Origin: an uncultured Planctomycetota bacterium
GTDB lineage: Bacteria > Planctomycetota > Planctomycetia > Isosphaerales > Isosphaeraceae
Assembly: GCA_963823665.1 (NCBI GenBank)
Contig: CAWGMQ010000004.1
Span: 192,001-256,000, forward strand
DNA: 64,000 nucleotides
Direction of reading: 5' to 3'
Numbering within the stretch: the stretch's first letter is position 1; each line of letters begins with the position of its first letter. The notes beneath the pieces were generated by a model, which was not told where the DNA came from, made no database searches, and was given only the letters and a program-made list of their open reading frames with translations. Shown here one piece after another: positions 28,676 to 42,800 of the stretch. Position numbers and translations under genes: made by a program.

Positions 28676-28933
28676 AAACGCCTGCCGCTCTGGGTCGGCG
28701 TTGATGCTGCGCGGGCCGGGGGTTGCCCCCCGGCCGGCTCGGCCTCGAACGCGGCAATGCTCGCCGCAAATTCGGAGCCTCCGTTGTTCTTGGCGCTCGT
28801 TGCTTTTCGACAACATCGGATTGCAGCCTCTGGCACGCCGTTCCGGTGCTCGCTATTATTTTCGTGTTTGGCCAGCGCCAGGTGCGGCGAATGAACCGTG
28901 AAGGTTTTGTTAAGCACTCAAAGGTGAGCCCAG

Positions 28934-29650
28934 ATGGTATCCTTTCCGACGACGCAGTGGTGCAGCGTGACGGAAGCCGGCAATCCAGACTCAGCCGCGG
29001 GGGTCGCCGCGCGCGCTGATCTTTGCCGGCAGTATTGGTACCCGATCTATTCCTTCATTCGATCGCGCGGCCATTCGCCCGACGAAGCCTGCGATCTCAC
29101 CCAGGACTATTTTTGCCGGCTCTTGGGCGGAGAGCTCCTCGCCGCCGCCGATCAAACGAAGGGCCGGTTCCGCTCCCTGTTGCGCGTCGATTGCGCCTAC
29201 TTCCTGGCCGATTGTTACGACCATCGCCGCGCTCTGAAGCGCGGAGGCGACCACAGGCAACTTTCGCTGGATATCAACAATGCCGAGCGACGCTACCGCC
29301 TCGAGCCCACCGACCGGCTCTGCCCCGACCGTCTCTTCGACCGCAACTGGGCTCTCGAGTTGCTCGACCGCGCCCTTGCCTACGTCGCCAATGAAGAAGC
29401 GGCATCGGGTCGGGCCTCCACGTTTGAGACGTTGAAACCCGTCTTGACCGAGGCCCCGCGCAGCGTGCCGTCCGGAACTCTCGCCGAGAAGATCGGCACC
29501 ACGGCAACCGCCGTCCGCTCCGCCGTCCAGCGGCTCAGACGACGATACCGCGAGGCCCTTCGAGCCGAAGTCGCCGCCACCTTGATCGACCCGACCGAAT
29601 CCGACGTCGACGACGAGATCCGCGCCCTGTTCGCCGTATTCGCGCAATGA
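28934..29650 (+). CDS. ECF sigma-70 factor (FPTTxW type)
   Basis: FPTTQW...LCRQYWYPIYSFIR...DLTQDYF...KGRFRSLL...VQRLRRRYREALRAEV. Confidence 0.85.
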   Translation: MVSFPTTQWCSVTEAGNPDSAAGVAARADLCRQYWYPIYSFIRSRGHSPDEACDLTQDYFCRLLGGELLAAADQTKGRFRSLLRVDCAYFLADCYDHRRALKRGGDHRQLSLDINNAERRYRLEPTDRLCPDRLFDRNWALELLDRALAYVANEEAASGRASTFETLKPVLTEAPRSVPSGTLAEKIGTTATAVRSAVQRLRRRYREALRAEVAATLIDPTESDVDDEIRALFAVFAQ

Positions 29651-29685
29651 GTGTGCGACCCGCATCGCGCACACCGGTCAACCTG

Positions 29686-29772
29686 AGTGTCGCCCTTCGC
29701 TCCGCCAAGAGACGCCGATCGCCGCTCGCGCGCGCCGGTCAAACGCATTGTCGCCTTTCGCTCCGCGAAAGT
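29686..29772 (+). repeat. REP-like TGTCGCCTTTCGCTCCGCGAAAG pair
   Basis: Two copies here; the same family occurs at 63030-63130. Confidence 0.7.
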
Positions 29773-29941
29773 GCGTCCGACTCCCCTCGCGCACACCGGC
29801 CAACGCCCGTCGAGTTCATCCGATTTTGTGCATCGGCGATGAATTCACCAGTTTTTTCCTTATACCAATACGCAGGTCTACTTAAGTGTCAGGCACCGAT
29901 TGTCCGCTCGCGAGCGCTAGGGACGGCCGGCTCAAGACTGA

Positions 29942-32742
29942 TCAACGACTCTTGACTGACCGCGGCGGCGGTCCTTGATGGCGGCTGGATGGATCCCAGA
30001 GGCGGAACTCCACGTCATTGCCGGCGCTCGACCGCGGAACCGCTTCGGTCTGGCCGCCGTCGTCACGGCGGTCCGCACCAACGGAGTAGATCGCAAGCTG
30101 TTCTTTTGCGCCGCGAAATCGAAGCGGTTTTCCGTCAAACGGATCGATCGGGACTCGTGGAATGAAACCAGGCACAAGGTCTTCGAGCGCGGTAGGCCAG
30201 GCGCCGCGGGCCAGGCGATACCGTTCGCAAGCAAGGCCCGCTGACGCACAGCGCAGCCGCGCGCGGCTATTCAGGCAGACGATCGTGATGCGATGGATGG
30301 CGGGGACGAACACCTTCGTCCCGAAGGATAGGCTCGTCGCCGATCGATCGGCCGGCGTTGAGAATCGCCCGGCACGTCGCAAGCGATTGCTCCGCGTTGC
30401 CAGCCTCGGACTCGAGCATCGCCTCGACGAGTAACAGGTGGGTAACGTCGCGGATCCTTGCCAGATGCGGCAGCGGGGTCGATATCCCGTCGCGGCTCCA
30501 CGCGACCGGAAACCGGCCATCGCGGAAGTCGGCCAAACCGCGCGCTTCGGCCAGGGCGGGCCCAGCTTGTTCAACTGCGGCCGATAGCGATCGCAGGCTT
30601 TCAAGGGAAAATTGTCGCTCAGGCGACACCGAGGAAATTAAGTCGAGCTGTTTTTGCTCGCCCTGGGACGGCCCGGTCCCGGCGCTTCGCCACGACGGTG
30701 GCAGAAGCTGGGCCGCAGCACTCACGAGCAGTGCGGAGTTCTTCTGATCCGGCACGCGCTGCCGCGCGGCTTCCAGGTCGTCCAGGCGCCACGCGGGGAA
30801 GAGCCGATCGGTCTCGGCGAGTGCGTCGCGCAGCGACCGCTCGCGACGCTCGAGCCAAACAATCTTCGTGATCCCAAGCGCGATAATGATCAAACCCACG
30901 ATCAGGACCGCCCGCTTCCGCCGCCATGCCCGCGATAGACCGATTTGCGCCCCATTTAATTGCGTGTTCACGCGCTCGGGACGGCCGGCGACCTGGTCGA
31001 ACCGGTTGAACGCCGCACGGCTAAGCAAAAACGCTGCTGCCGAAAAGACCGCGATGGAGCAGAGGCACGCGGCTAGCACGCGTGAAGGGCTCTCGTAAGT
31101 GTGGACATTCATCTGTTCAAGCCGGCGAAACGTCGGGCTGCCACCCATCACGTCGCGAACGTCTCCACTCGAAACCTGGCATAACCAGTTCACGGCCGGC
31201 GGCGATCCAGCCCCCATGAACACACTCGAATACCTGGACGGTACATACCAGATCAAGAACGAGCCCGACAGTAACAGCGCGGGAATCGAGCGCTCGATTC
31301 GACGCGGAAGCGCTATCACGCGCGTGAAGCGACGCGAACGTGCCCAGGGCCGTCATGAACCAGATCGATACACCGAGAACCACCACAGCCGCGCCGAAGC
31401 CAACCGGGTGCAACGACCCACTCACGAGCCCGAGCCCCCAGAGCAAGATCAGCAGAGCGACCCCCCAGCGCACCTTCCAGACAACCCCGAGCATCTTCGC
31501 GCGAAGGATGTCCCGGCCGCCCAAGGGGGTCGCGATCAGGCTTTCCCACGTGTCGCGCGCCCGTTCTCCGGTCACCGAGCCCGCAGCAACTCCGGCCACG
31601 ATTAACAGAAGGAGGAATTCGACCCAGGAACTGACGAGGCCCAAGAATCCGTTGAACTCCGTGCGCTTCGGATCAGGCCCCGACGTCCCGAATCCTTGCG
31701 TATACACCTCGATAAAGGCTGGACGCCCAAAGTAATAGGTGCCGTACCCGATCAAGCCGACGAGCGAGAGCGCACAGAGCGCGGCCAGAATCTCCGCGAG
31801 CCCGGGCACGCGCGACGTGTGAATCTCTTTCCAGAGCACCGGATCCTCACCGCAAGGGGGCCGCCGGAATAATCGCCGGCGAAGCCTCGTCCAGACGTGA
31901 GAGAACCTGTTCTGGGCACCCTCGCCCTCGGCCTGCCGGCGAGCAGACCGCCGCAGCCGCACGATCGACCAGAAGATAAACGCACAGCCGAAACAAAGCT
32001 GCAGGCCGATCATCCACACGATCGAATCGATGAACCTCGAGCCGATGCCAGAGCGCGTCAAGGCTTCCCCCACGCTGATCGGAGAGCTCGCCAGGAACCA
32101 CGCGTTGTATGAGCGGACCCAGTGCCACGAAAGCGGAGACACGCGGGGCAACAGATCCTGAAGAACGGCCGGCAAGATGAACCAGGCCATCGCCAGGCCG
32201 ACGCTCAGGTTGAGGGCCCTCCCCGCACGCCGCTCGGATGTCGAAACCAGAATCGACAACCCCCCCACGAAGAAAGCAATCGCCGCCGTCCCCGCGTGAG
32301 TGAGCAAGACCAATCGCGGGTCGATACCACCCAGCAGCGAGAGCAAGATCATGATCGGCAGTGTCGTGAGCAAACACGCCGCGTACTGCACCAGCCCGCC
32401 GAAAAGCTTGTTCAGCACGATTTCAGCGCTCGAGAGCCGCGTGGCAAGCAGACTCTCGAGCGTGCGGCGCTCGCGCTCCTGTGCAATCGTCACAGCCACG
32501 AGCGCCGGCACGAGCCCGATCGTCAGCACAACCTGGATCGTCGCGACGCCGGAGAAAACGTACTCCGCGAAAAGCGCCGTCTCCTGCACCGAGAGCGACC
32601 CGCCCGTGGCCCGCTGCACAAAAAGCAAGGAGGTCCCGACCGCCAGCGAGAGAGCAATCGCCAGACTCGCACGCTGCCGATAACTCTTGGCGCGTTGCGC
32701 AACCAACCGCAGCTCGCACCGGAGAATCGGCCCCAGCTCCAT
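29942..32742 (-). pseudogene. ABC-2 type permease (two permease domains) fused to a C-terminal exported domain; frameshift ~31287 and a break ~30322
   Basis: IAQERERRTLESLLATRL, PVLWKE, ERARDTWESLIATPL; C-terminus LACERYRLARGAWPTALEDLVP...DPFDGKPLRF. Confidence 0.75.
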
Positions 32743-32925
32743 GATCGCGCCCAGCCCATTCCGCGCATCACCCCGCGGCGCTTCCCGTACCCGTGCCGGA
32801 ACCGGTGCGATGCCTTCCGCTGAGCACCATTAGACAATTGTCATAGCCTGACGGCAAGGCCCCGTGCGCTTCCCTCTAGACTTGGCCGCGCAGTGCCGCC
32901 GTGCAAACATCGCAGGCCCATGTGC

Positions 32926-33651
32926 TCAATTGCTTCCCGGAAGCATCGGCGACATCGGAACAAGCGAGCCGGGCAATGGGCTGGTAAAACTGCTGCGCGT
33001 GCCGTTGAACGGGCCCAGTCGGGGCGCACCGAGCTGCGGATTGGGGGCGACCGAGCCTCCATTGTTGTTCATGCCCGATCCGGCCCCCGATTGATTGATA
33101 ACGCCCATCGGCTGCTGTGGTTGCACCGGCGCCGTGTCGTGATACGACTGCCCCGCCGGAAGTACCGCTGAGCTCGAGCTCGAGCTTGATGACATACCGC
33201 CGATGATCGTGGATGTTGGCCGTTGCGTCGGGTCGGCAACCGTGTATAACCCCACGATGTTATTCGTGGCACCGCCATTCATTGGCCCTGGCCCGTCCGA
33301 TGTGTCGGCTCCCGAGCCAACCTGGATGCTGATGCCGCCGGCCGCTGCCCCCGTAGCCGCACCGGCCAGGCTGGGAAGGCCCGTGTAATTGCCGGGTTTC
33401 AGACTCGAGAACCCGCCTGTTCCCGTGATGTAAAAACTCGTCGGAATCGCCACCCCGCTTACCGACGCCGCGGTGCTGCTGCTGGGGCCGGTCGCTCCCG
33501 CTCCCGAAGCGTTGGCCCCAGGGAACGGGATGATGAGCGACAATCCACTCGTCGTCTGAATAATCAGGCCGAGATTCTGTATCGCCATGAGCGCGCGCTC
33601 TTCGAGAACGCAATTCCTAAGATCTGGCCGGAACATCAAGGGACTATTCAT
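32926..33651 (-). CDS. Low-complexity exported protein with a planctomycete LExRxLx-type N-terminus
   Basis: FRPDLRNCVLEERALMA followed by G/S/T/P-rich sequence. Confidence 0.65.
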   Translation of the reverse strand: MNSPLMFRPDLRNCVLEERALMAIQNLGLIIQTTSGLSLIIPFPGANASGAGATGPSSSTAASVSGVAIPTSFYITGTGGFSSLKPGNYTGLPSLAGAATGAAAGGISIQVGSGADTSDGPGPMNGGATNNIVGLYTVADPTQRPTSTIIGGMSSSSSSSSAVLPAGQSYHDTAPVQPQQPMGVINQSGAGSGMNNNGGSVAPNPQLGAPRLGPFNGTRSSFTSPLPGSLVPMSPMLPGSN

Positions 33652-33798
33652 GTTGGCTGTCCACGCGAGACAATACCGCCGGTGTCCCCCGGGCTTGCCT
33701 GTTCAACCTGACTGACCAGTCAGTCCGGTTCGTCCTTTCCAGGATCATACTGACATTCCGCCCATCGAGCAAGAGCAAGCCCGCTGATTTCGGGACAT

Positions 33799-34215
33799 TT
33801 ATGGCACCGCAGCGGCGATTGGCCGCTCGGACCTCGGTCGCAATCGGAAGCAAAGCGCCGCGCACACCCCCAGGAACAGTAGCGGAATCCAGAACGCCAC
33901 CTCGAGGGACCACACGATCAACCCGCTCGTATACTGCCGATGATGATATTCGATCCCGGGGAAAAGCCACGCCCGGTACCGGTGTGTCGCCATCCAGAAA
34001 CGCCGCCCCTTCTCGTGGGAGACAGGTTTCCAGTCGTCGCCCAGCTCGCTCAAGAGGCAAAAGCACCCGGGATCGGTCCGCATGTACACTCCCTCCCCGA
34101 TTGCCAGCGGCTCACGACCCCACCCCCAGACGAGCGAATCGGTCCAGGCGAGCACGAGCGAGATCGAGAAGACAAGCGAGATCGCGATGCCCCACTCCGT
34201 GATCACGCGCCGCAT
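33799..34215 (-). CDS. Small membrane hypothetical protein
   Basis: Two hydrophobic segments; GAGG RBS. Confidence 0.55.
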   Translation of the reverse strand: MRRVITEWGIAISLVFSISLVLAWTDSLVWGWGREPLAIGEGVYMRTDPGCFCLLSELGDDWKPVSHEKGRRFWMATHRYRAWLFPGIEYHHRQYTSGLIVWSLEVAFWIPLLFLGVCAALCFRLRPRSERPIAAAVP

Positions 34216-34558
34216 TTTCGACCTCGCCAGGGCGCACGAGCGGCGGGATTCTGATCGCTAGGAAATCCACACATCTCCAAGTACCATGAAGCCTCCTGAA
34301 CCGCGCTGGGCTCCTCCAGCGACTCGAATCAGAGCGGCTGACCCGCCGCAAAGCATCTCACACGGTTTCCTTCTTGACAACGTCGTACCCTCTTTTAAAC
34401 CGCCTCTTTGTGTGTCACAATTCCCCGCGACCAACTCCAGTCTGAGGTGATTCCCGCAAAAACATCTCGACCGTTCCATTTTCTTGCGATGTCAATTTGC
34501 GCGAGTTGGCCGTTCGGCGCTTTTGGCAGCGCAGATTTCGTTTCTAAAACAATGGTAG

Positions 34559-35746
<1,188 letters not shown>

Positions 35747-35812
35747 CCAAGCGGCAGCGGCCAGGTGATGACGGCGATCGTTCGCTTCGAGTGTTCCCGT
35801 CGCCGCAGACCC

Positions 35813-35899
35813 GGAGGGGTGCCTGAGTGGTTGAAAGGGCCGGTCTCGAAAACCGGTGTAGGTGCAAGCCTACCGTGGGTTCGAATCCCACCTCCTCCG
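35813..35899 (+). tRNA. tRNA-Ser(CGA), long variable arm, CCA not encoded
   Basis: GGAGGGG acceptor, CCGGT-CT-CGA-AA-ACCGG anticodon arm, GTAGG-TGCAAG-CCTAC variable arm, GGTTCGAATCC. Confidence 0.97.
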
Positions 35900-36297
35900 C
35901 TTTCCCATGGATATGGATCACGCCGCGGTCGTTTCGCGTTCGAACAACCGTTTGCGGACCGGACTTGCGGCAAGCATGGGGCTCCCCTAAGATAGGCTAA
36001 CTTCGTGAGAATGTTGAGGCGCTGGGAAAGTGGTTGAACATCGAAAGGCTCTTGCCGCCCGGCGCCACTCGGATCCTTCGGATCAATCCGGAAAGCGGGG
36101 ACGGCGCGGTTGGTCGGCGCGCGACCTCGCTTTCTCCACTCGACAGTGTTTTCCGTTCGGCCCTTCATGAGCTATGATAGTGGCTGTGTCTGCGTGCTAT
36201 GGCTCGTGGCAGCCAGCCGAATCGTGCCAGCTTGATGTCAGTCCCCGCCCGGCGCCGCGCCGCGCAAGAATCCCTGATCGAGACGAAAGGATCACGC

Positions 36298-37677
<1,380 letters not shown>

Positions 37678-37749
37678 TCGAGGCTGCCCGTCTGCTAGAA
37701 TGGATTCAGCTAACCGCAATCCGCGATGCGCATCAGGTAGACCAACGCC

Positions 37750-38456
37750 ATGAGCACTGTCGAACGTGCGAAGTGCACGCTCCCGCCGCTCGAAGCAGGC
37801 CAGCGGCTCGACCAGCCCACGTTTCACGAGCGCTACCAGGCGATGCCGCCGAATACCAGGGCCGAGCTGGTCGGAGGAGTCGTTTATACATGCCGTCTCC
37901 GTTGAGCGACGACCACGGCGAGCAGAATAACGACGTCAGCGGCTGGTTGTTCCTCTACAAGCGATTCACACCGGGGGTGCGCAGCCCCAATGATGCCACC
38001 GTCATGCTGGATGAGCTTGGAGAACCTCAACCGGACTGTCAGCTCCGAATTCCGGCAGAGCTAGGTGGGCAGACACACGTTGATGAAATTGGCTATATCA
38101 CCGGCGCACCCGAGCTGATCGTTGAAATCGCCCGCTCGAGTCGCTCTTACGAATTGAATCAGAAGAAAGCCGACTACGAACGAGCTGGGGTCGTGGAGTA
38201 CGTGGTCGTCGAGCTCGACCCCCATCGGATTCACTGGTTTATCCGTCGCGGCACACGCTTCGTCCAAAGGCGGCCTGGACCGGATGGAATCTACCGCTCC
38301 ACCGTCTTTCCAGGCTTGTGGCTCGATCCCGACGCACTCTACTCGCAAGACCTGGACCGACTGATTCACGTATTGGAACAAGGCCTGGCTACACCGGAGC
38401 ACGCCGCGTTCGTGGCCAAGTTGGCCGCGGCCGGTGCGGGGAGGAAGCCACGATGA
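37750..38456 (+). CDS. Uma2 family protein; +2 frameshift near 37888
   Basis: Paralogue of the next gene; GTTTATACATG versus GTTTACATG. Confidence 0.85.
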
Positions 38457-39166
38457 GCACGCTCGAGCACGCAAAGGTTAGGACGAGTCTTCCTCCGCTG
38501 ATCGACGGCGAGCACCTTGACCAGCCTACCTTTCACAATCGCTACGAGGCGATGCCGCCAAGCACGAGGGCCGAGCTTGTCGGAGGAGTCGTTTACATGC
38601 CGTCGCCGATGTCTTCGGATCATGGCGATGAAAGTCGAAACGTGGCAGGCTGGCTCTTCCACTATCAGCGGAAGACAACCAGGGTCAAGGGTGGCGACGG
38701 CACAACAGCCAAGCTCTTCAAGCAGAGCGAGCCACAGCCCGATCACCACTTGCGAATCCCGGCGGTACTTGGAGGCCACACCCATGTCGATGCAGGCGGC
38801 TATCTAGTCGGCCCCCCCGAGCTGATCGTCGAAGTCTCGCGCTCTAGCCGTTCGTTTGACTTGAAACAGAAGAAAGCAGACTACGAACGAGCCGGGGTTT
38901 TGGAATACGTCGTAGTCGAGATCGACCCCAATCGCATCCACTGGTTCCTGCGCAGCGGCGCCCGCTTCAAGAAGCACGCGCCCGGCGCCGATGGGATCTA
39001 CCGCTCCAAGACCTTTCCGGGTTTGTGGCTCGATTCCGAGGCGCTCTATGCAGAAGACCTGGATCGCTTGATCGAAGTTCTCGAACAAGGCCTCGCCACA
39101 CCCGAGCACGCCGCCTTCGTGGCGAAGCTGGCAAAAGCTCGCCGCACCGGCGGCGACGCGCATTGA
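38453..39166 (+). CDS. Uma2 family protein (tandem paralogue)
   Basis: AELVGGVVYMPSP, EPQPD, PELIVEVS, YERAGVLEY, FPGLWLD. Confidence 0.9.
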   Translation: MSTLEHAKVRTSLPPLIDGEHLDQPTFHNRYEAMPPSTRAELVGGVVYMPSPMSSDHGDESRNVAGWLFHYQRKTTRVKGGDGTTAKLFKQSEPQPDHHLRIPAVLGGHTHVDAGGYLVGPPELIVEVSRSSRSFDLKQKKADYERAGVLEYVVVEIDPNRIHWFLRSGARFKKHAPGADGIYRSKTFPGLWLDSEALYAEDLDRLIEVLEQGLATPEHAAFVAKLAKARRTGGDAH

Positions 39167-39187
39167 CGGCCAATGCCTTCGTCGCCC

Positions 39188-39804
39188 TCAAGCTTCGCCT
39201 CCGGACTTCAGGTTTTTCTTCAAGCTCCGAGCTTCCTCCTGCAGCATCTTCTGCACCCGGTTCTTGGCCACGAACACGTGCGCGACCGGCACCTGGAGCC
39301 GTGCCGCCGCCGCCGCGCCCGAAAGACCCTCAACCGCCGTCATCTGAAACGCGTCCCAGGTTACCGGCTTCACCCGCTTCTTCACGCGGTGCATGGCCAG
39401 CTCGAGCACTTCCGCGTCAAATGCGTCCTCGAGTCGCTGCTCGAGATCCGTCTTGGCCTCGGCCGATTCCGCGATCGCTTCGATCGGGGCCGCCGCCATG
39501 TTCGGGTCCTTGCGCCGTGAATTGATGAAATCACTCAAAGCATGCTGGGTAACGGTCTTGAGCCATGCGCGAAAGCTCGCGCAGGATCGTACTGAAACTT
39601 GCGGATCGCCGCCACAAGCTTGATCAGCACGTCCTGAACCACGTCGTCGGCGTCTGAATCCTGGAGCTGCCACTTCAGACACCAAGCGCGGATCATCGGC
39701 CGGTAGCGCTCGATAAACTTGTCCCACGCCTCCGGGTCGGCGGGAAACTTCTGCAAGCGCATCATCAGCGTGACCGACGTATCGTCGACGGGATGGCCCG
39801 GCAT
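39188..39804 (-). CDS. ECF sigma-70 factor (planctomycete kinase-associated type); frameshift near 39585
   Basis: TSVTLMMRL...AWDKFIERYRPMI...DADDVVQDV...SFRAWLKTV...VFVAKNRVQKMLQEE. Confidence 0.85.
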
Positions 39805-39892
39805 GCAAACCCTTTTCACAGGGACGTCGCGCATGCGGAGCGTGGAATTCGGCCTCACACTCGGACCATATCCACGTTCTGCCGGCGCGGCT

Positions 39893-42800
39893 CTACCGTG
39901 CCAATCTATCACGGCGCGGCAATCGCGAAAAGCTTCTGGTGAAACTCGATCGCGTCAGCCTCGGCCGGGCGACTGCGGTCCAGCCCGTCAGCATTGTGGC
40001 CGCAAGAAGGGGTAGCGAAGCGTCGACTGGCTCGTCCCGCGCGTGGTTCACGAAAGGATGGAATGTCCGGCGAAGCCGCGGCCCGAGCGCGGCGTGGCGC
40101 GATGAAACACCATCGATTTGCGCGCACCGGTCAAAAGCCACAACGACACGGATCGGCCCTCCGCTCGAGAATCGCACGGGCGCGACGAACAGTACACCCT
40201 CACCCCACATCGAATCGATGCTCGCGTCAACGGCGTCGCCCGGCCCGACCGGCTCCGCGCTCTCGATCTGGGCATCCCTCGAGCCATTCAAAGGTGCGCC
40301 GCCATTCGGTAGTACGCCCGACGGAGCGCTCGGAGCCGACGAATCGGCCGACGGCTTCGGCTTCGACGGATCGCGACCGGCGTCCGGACTTTGCGGCCCC
40401 AGGATCCGGCTCTGGAACTCGCGGCGGAATTGCTCAAGCGCCTGATCGAGCCCGAGCATGAACCGCTCCCACGGTGTTGCGCTTGATAGGCCTGGACCGG
40501 CGCCCTCCAGCGATTCGCCGGCTCTCTCGGCTTCGTCGACTCCGGCGAGCACACCGCCCGATCGACGAGACATGCTCTGGCCCAATGAGCCAGTCGCGCC
40601 GACCGGCGCGGCGATCGACGCGATCGCCTCGCTCTGGGCCGACTCCACGTTGAGCTCCCCCTCCGACGTCGAGATCGTCAGCGTGAGCAGCGACGCCACC
40701 AGAGCCACCGATGATTCATTGAGCGGCACCAGTTGCGCGACGCTGTTCACACTTCCCGCAGACGTCTCCGATTGGGTCTGGGCCTGCGCCAGAGTTTCGC
40801 CTTCCAGGCTGATCCCCACCAGCGTGGCCGCTTCGTGCCCGGCCGTGGCGGCGTAGAACTGGACCTGGCCGCCCGAAAGCGACGCAAACGCCAGGTCGGT
40901 CGGGCTGGGAAGATTCGGTTGCATCGCGGTCGACACCATTTCCAAGCCTTGCTCGCTCCCTTCGAAGAGCGCCATCACCCCGTCGCCGGTGTTGCCCACC
41001 ACCATGTCCTCAAAGTCGCTGTCGGAACTGAACGCGAAGGCCGTGTCTGGGTCGTCGCCACCCGAGGAGATCGTACTCGCCACCGAATTCTGGCCGCTCC
41101 AGTCGGTGTAGAGCGTCACGCTGTTCGAGCCCGCGTCCACGGTCACCAGGTCGCTCACACCGTTGAAGTCGCCCACAAAGCTGGTCACCGGATCCTCACC
41201 CACCTTGTAGACCCGCGGGTTCTGGTCGTCGAAAAACCCCTGGCCTACGCCCGGCAAGAGCGTGACGTCATTCGAGCCGCTGTTGGTGACCAGGATGTCA
41301 GGGAAAGAGCTGCCCGTGAAGTCGCCGACGATGGTCGAGACCGGCCCGATCCCGCCCGACGAGAGCCGCGGCCCCTGCGTGAAGTTGAAATTCCCCTGGT
41401 TCAGCAGAATCGAGACTTCGTTCGAGCCTTCGTCGGCCACCACGAGGTCCGGGAGGCCGTTGCCGGTGAGATCGGCGACAGTGATGCCAACTGGGTTCGT
41501 TCCCGTGAAAATGCCCCGTCCGTCATCGATGGCCGGCCCGAACTGGCCGTTGCCCAGACCGGGATAGATCAGTACGTTATTGCTCCCGCTGTTGGCGACG
41601 ATCAGGTCGGGATTGCCGTCGCCGTTCAAGTCCGCCAGCTTCACCGCGCCGGGGTCCAGTAGCCCCGTGGCTTGATTGGCCAGGACCGTCGGGCTCGCCT
41701 CGCCACGATCGACAACCACCCGGTCTAGGCCCTGGTCCGCGTAGATCACATCCTTCGAGCCATTTCCTGATAGATCGGCCACGGCCAGCGTGATGGTCTG
41801 ATCGGTCGCGCGGTAAGGCGCGAACGTTCCGTTCCCCTGGCCCAGAAGCACCAGGGCATCACCAAACGAGTCGCCGACAATAAGGTCGAGTGTCCCTCCA
41901 TTATTGACATCGGCGACAGACAGCCCCGTGGGATCCAAGCCGGCATCATACGTCACCGGATTCGAGAAACCCCCCTTGCCGTTGCCCAGATAGATGCTCA
42001 CACCATTCGACGTGAGTACGGCCAGGTCCGAGATTCCATCGTCGTTGAAGTCGGCCACGCGCACCGCCAGGGCAGGGCCGTCGGTCTCCAGCGTGACCGG
42101 ATTCGCAAACCGCTGACCTCCCAGACCGGCGATCACCGAGAGCGTGTCCGAGCCGGGGTTGATCGTCACGAGATCAGGCAACCCGCCGCCTGTAAATGTT
42201 CCCACCGCAACACCCGACGTCGCATCAACGCTGGTCGACCCTTCGAGGAAGGTAGCGTTGCTGCTAACCGACCAGAAACCAGTGCCGCCGCGATAAACCG
42301 CGGGTGGACTGAATGTCCCGTTGCCCTGGTTGAACAGCACAGTTACCTGACTCGTGACTCGGTTGGTGACCACGAGATCGAGCCGGCCGTTTCGGGTCGT
42401 GTCGAGCGCCTGAACGTCTGAAACCCCCAGGCCCACGTTCAGGATCAGGGGCGCCAAAAAGCTCACGCCATCGGCCGCGGGGTTGAAAGGTCCCACGGTT
42501 TTGGCAGCCAGGAATACCGACAAAGTGCCGGCGCCGGCATTCTGGACAACCAGGTCGTCCAGGCCGTCGCCCGTCAAGTCGGCCGAGATGATCTGCGCTG
42601 GCAGCACCCCCGTCGGCAGCGACCCGATCCGGATGAAGCCGCCCGCGCGCCACATGTACAACGTGACGGCTTGATCGAGGGCATCGACGCTGGCTAGGAC
42701 CGCTCCATCGCTCGTGTCGAAAGTCGCGATATCGCGCGACGGGTTGCCGGGATTGACCGTGACGGGCGGCAAAAACGAACCCGGATTGCCGCTGATCCCT

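Noticed and set aside
35900..36290. Island integrated at tRNA-Ser
   Set aside because: Followed directly by clpX, with no foreign genes in between.
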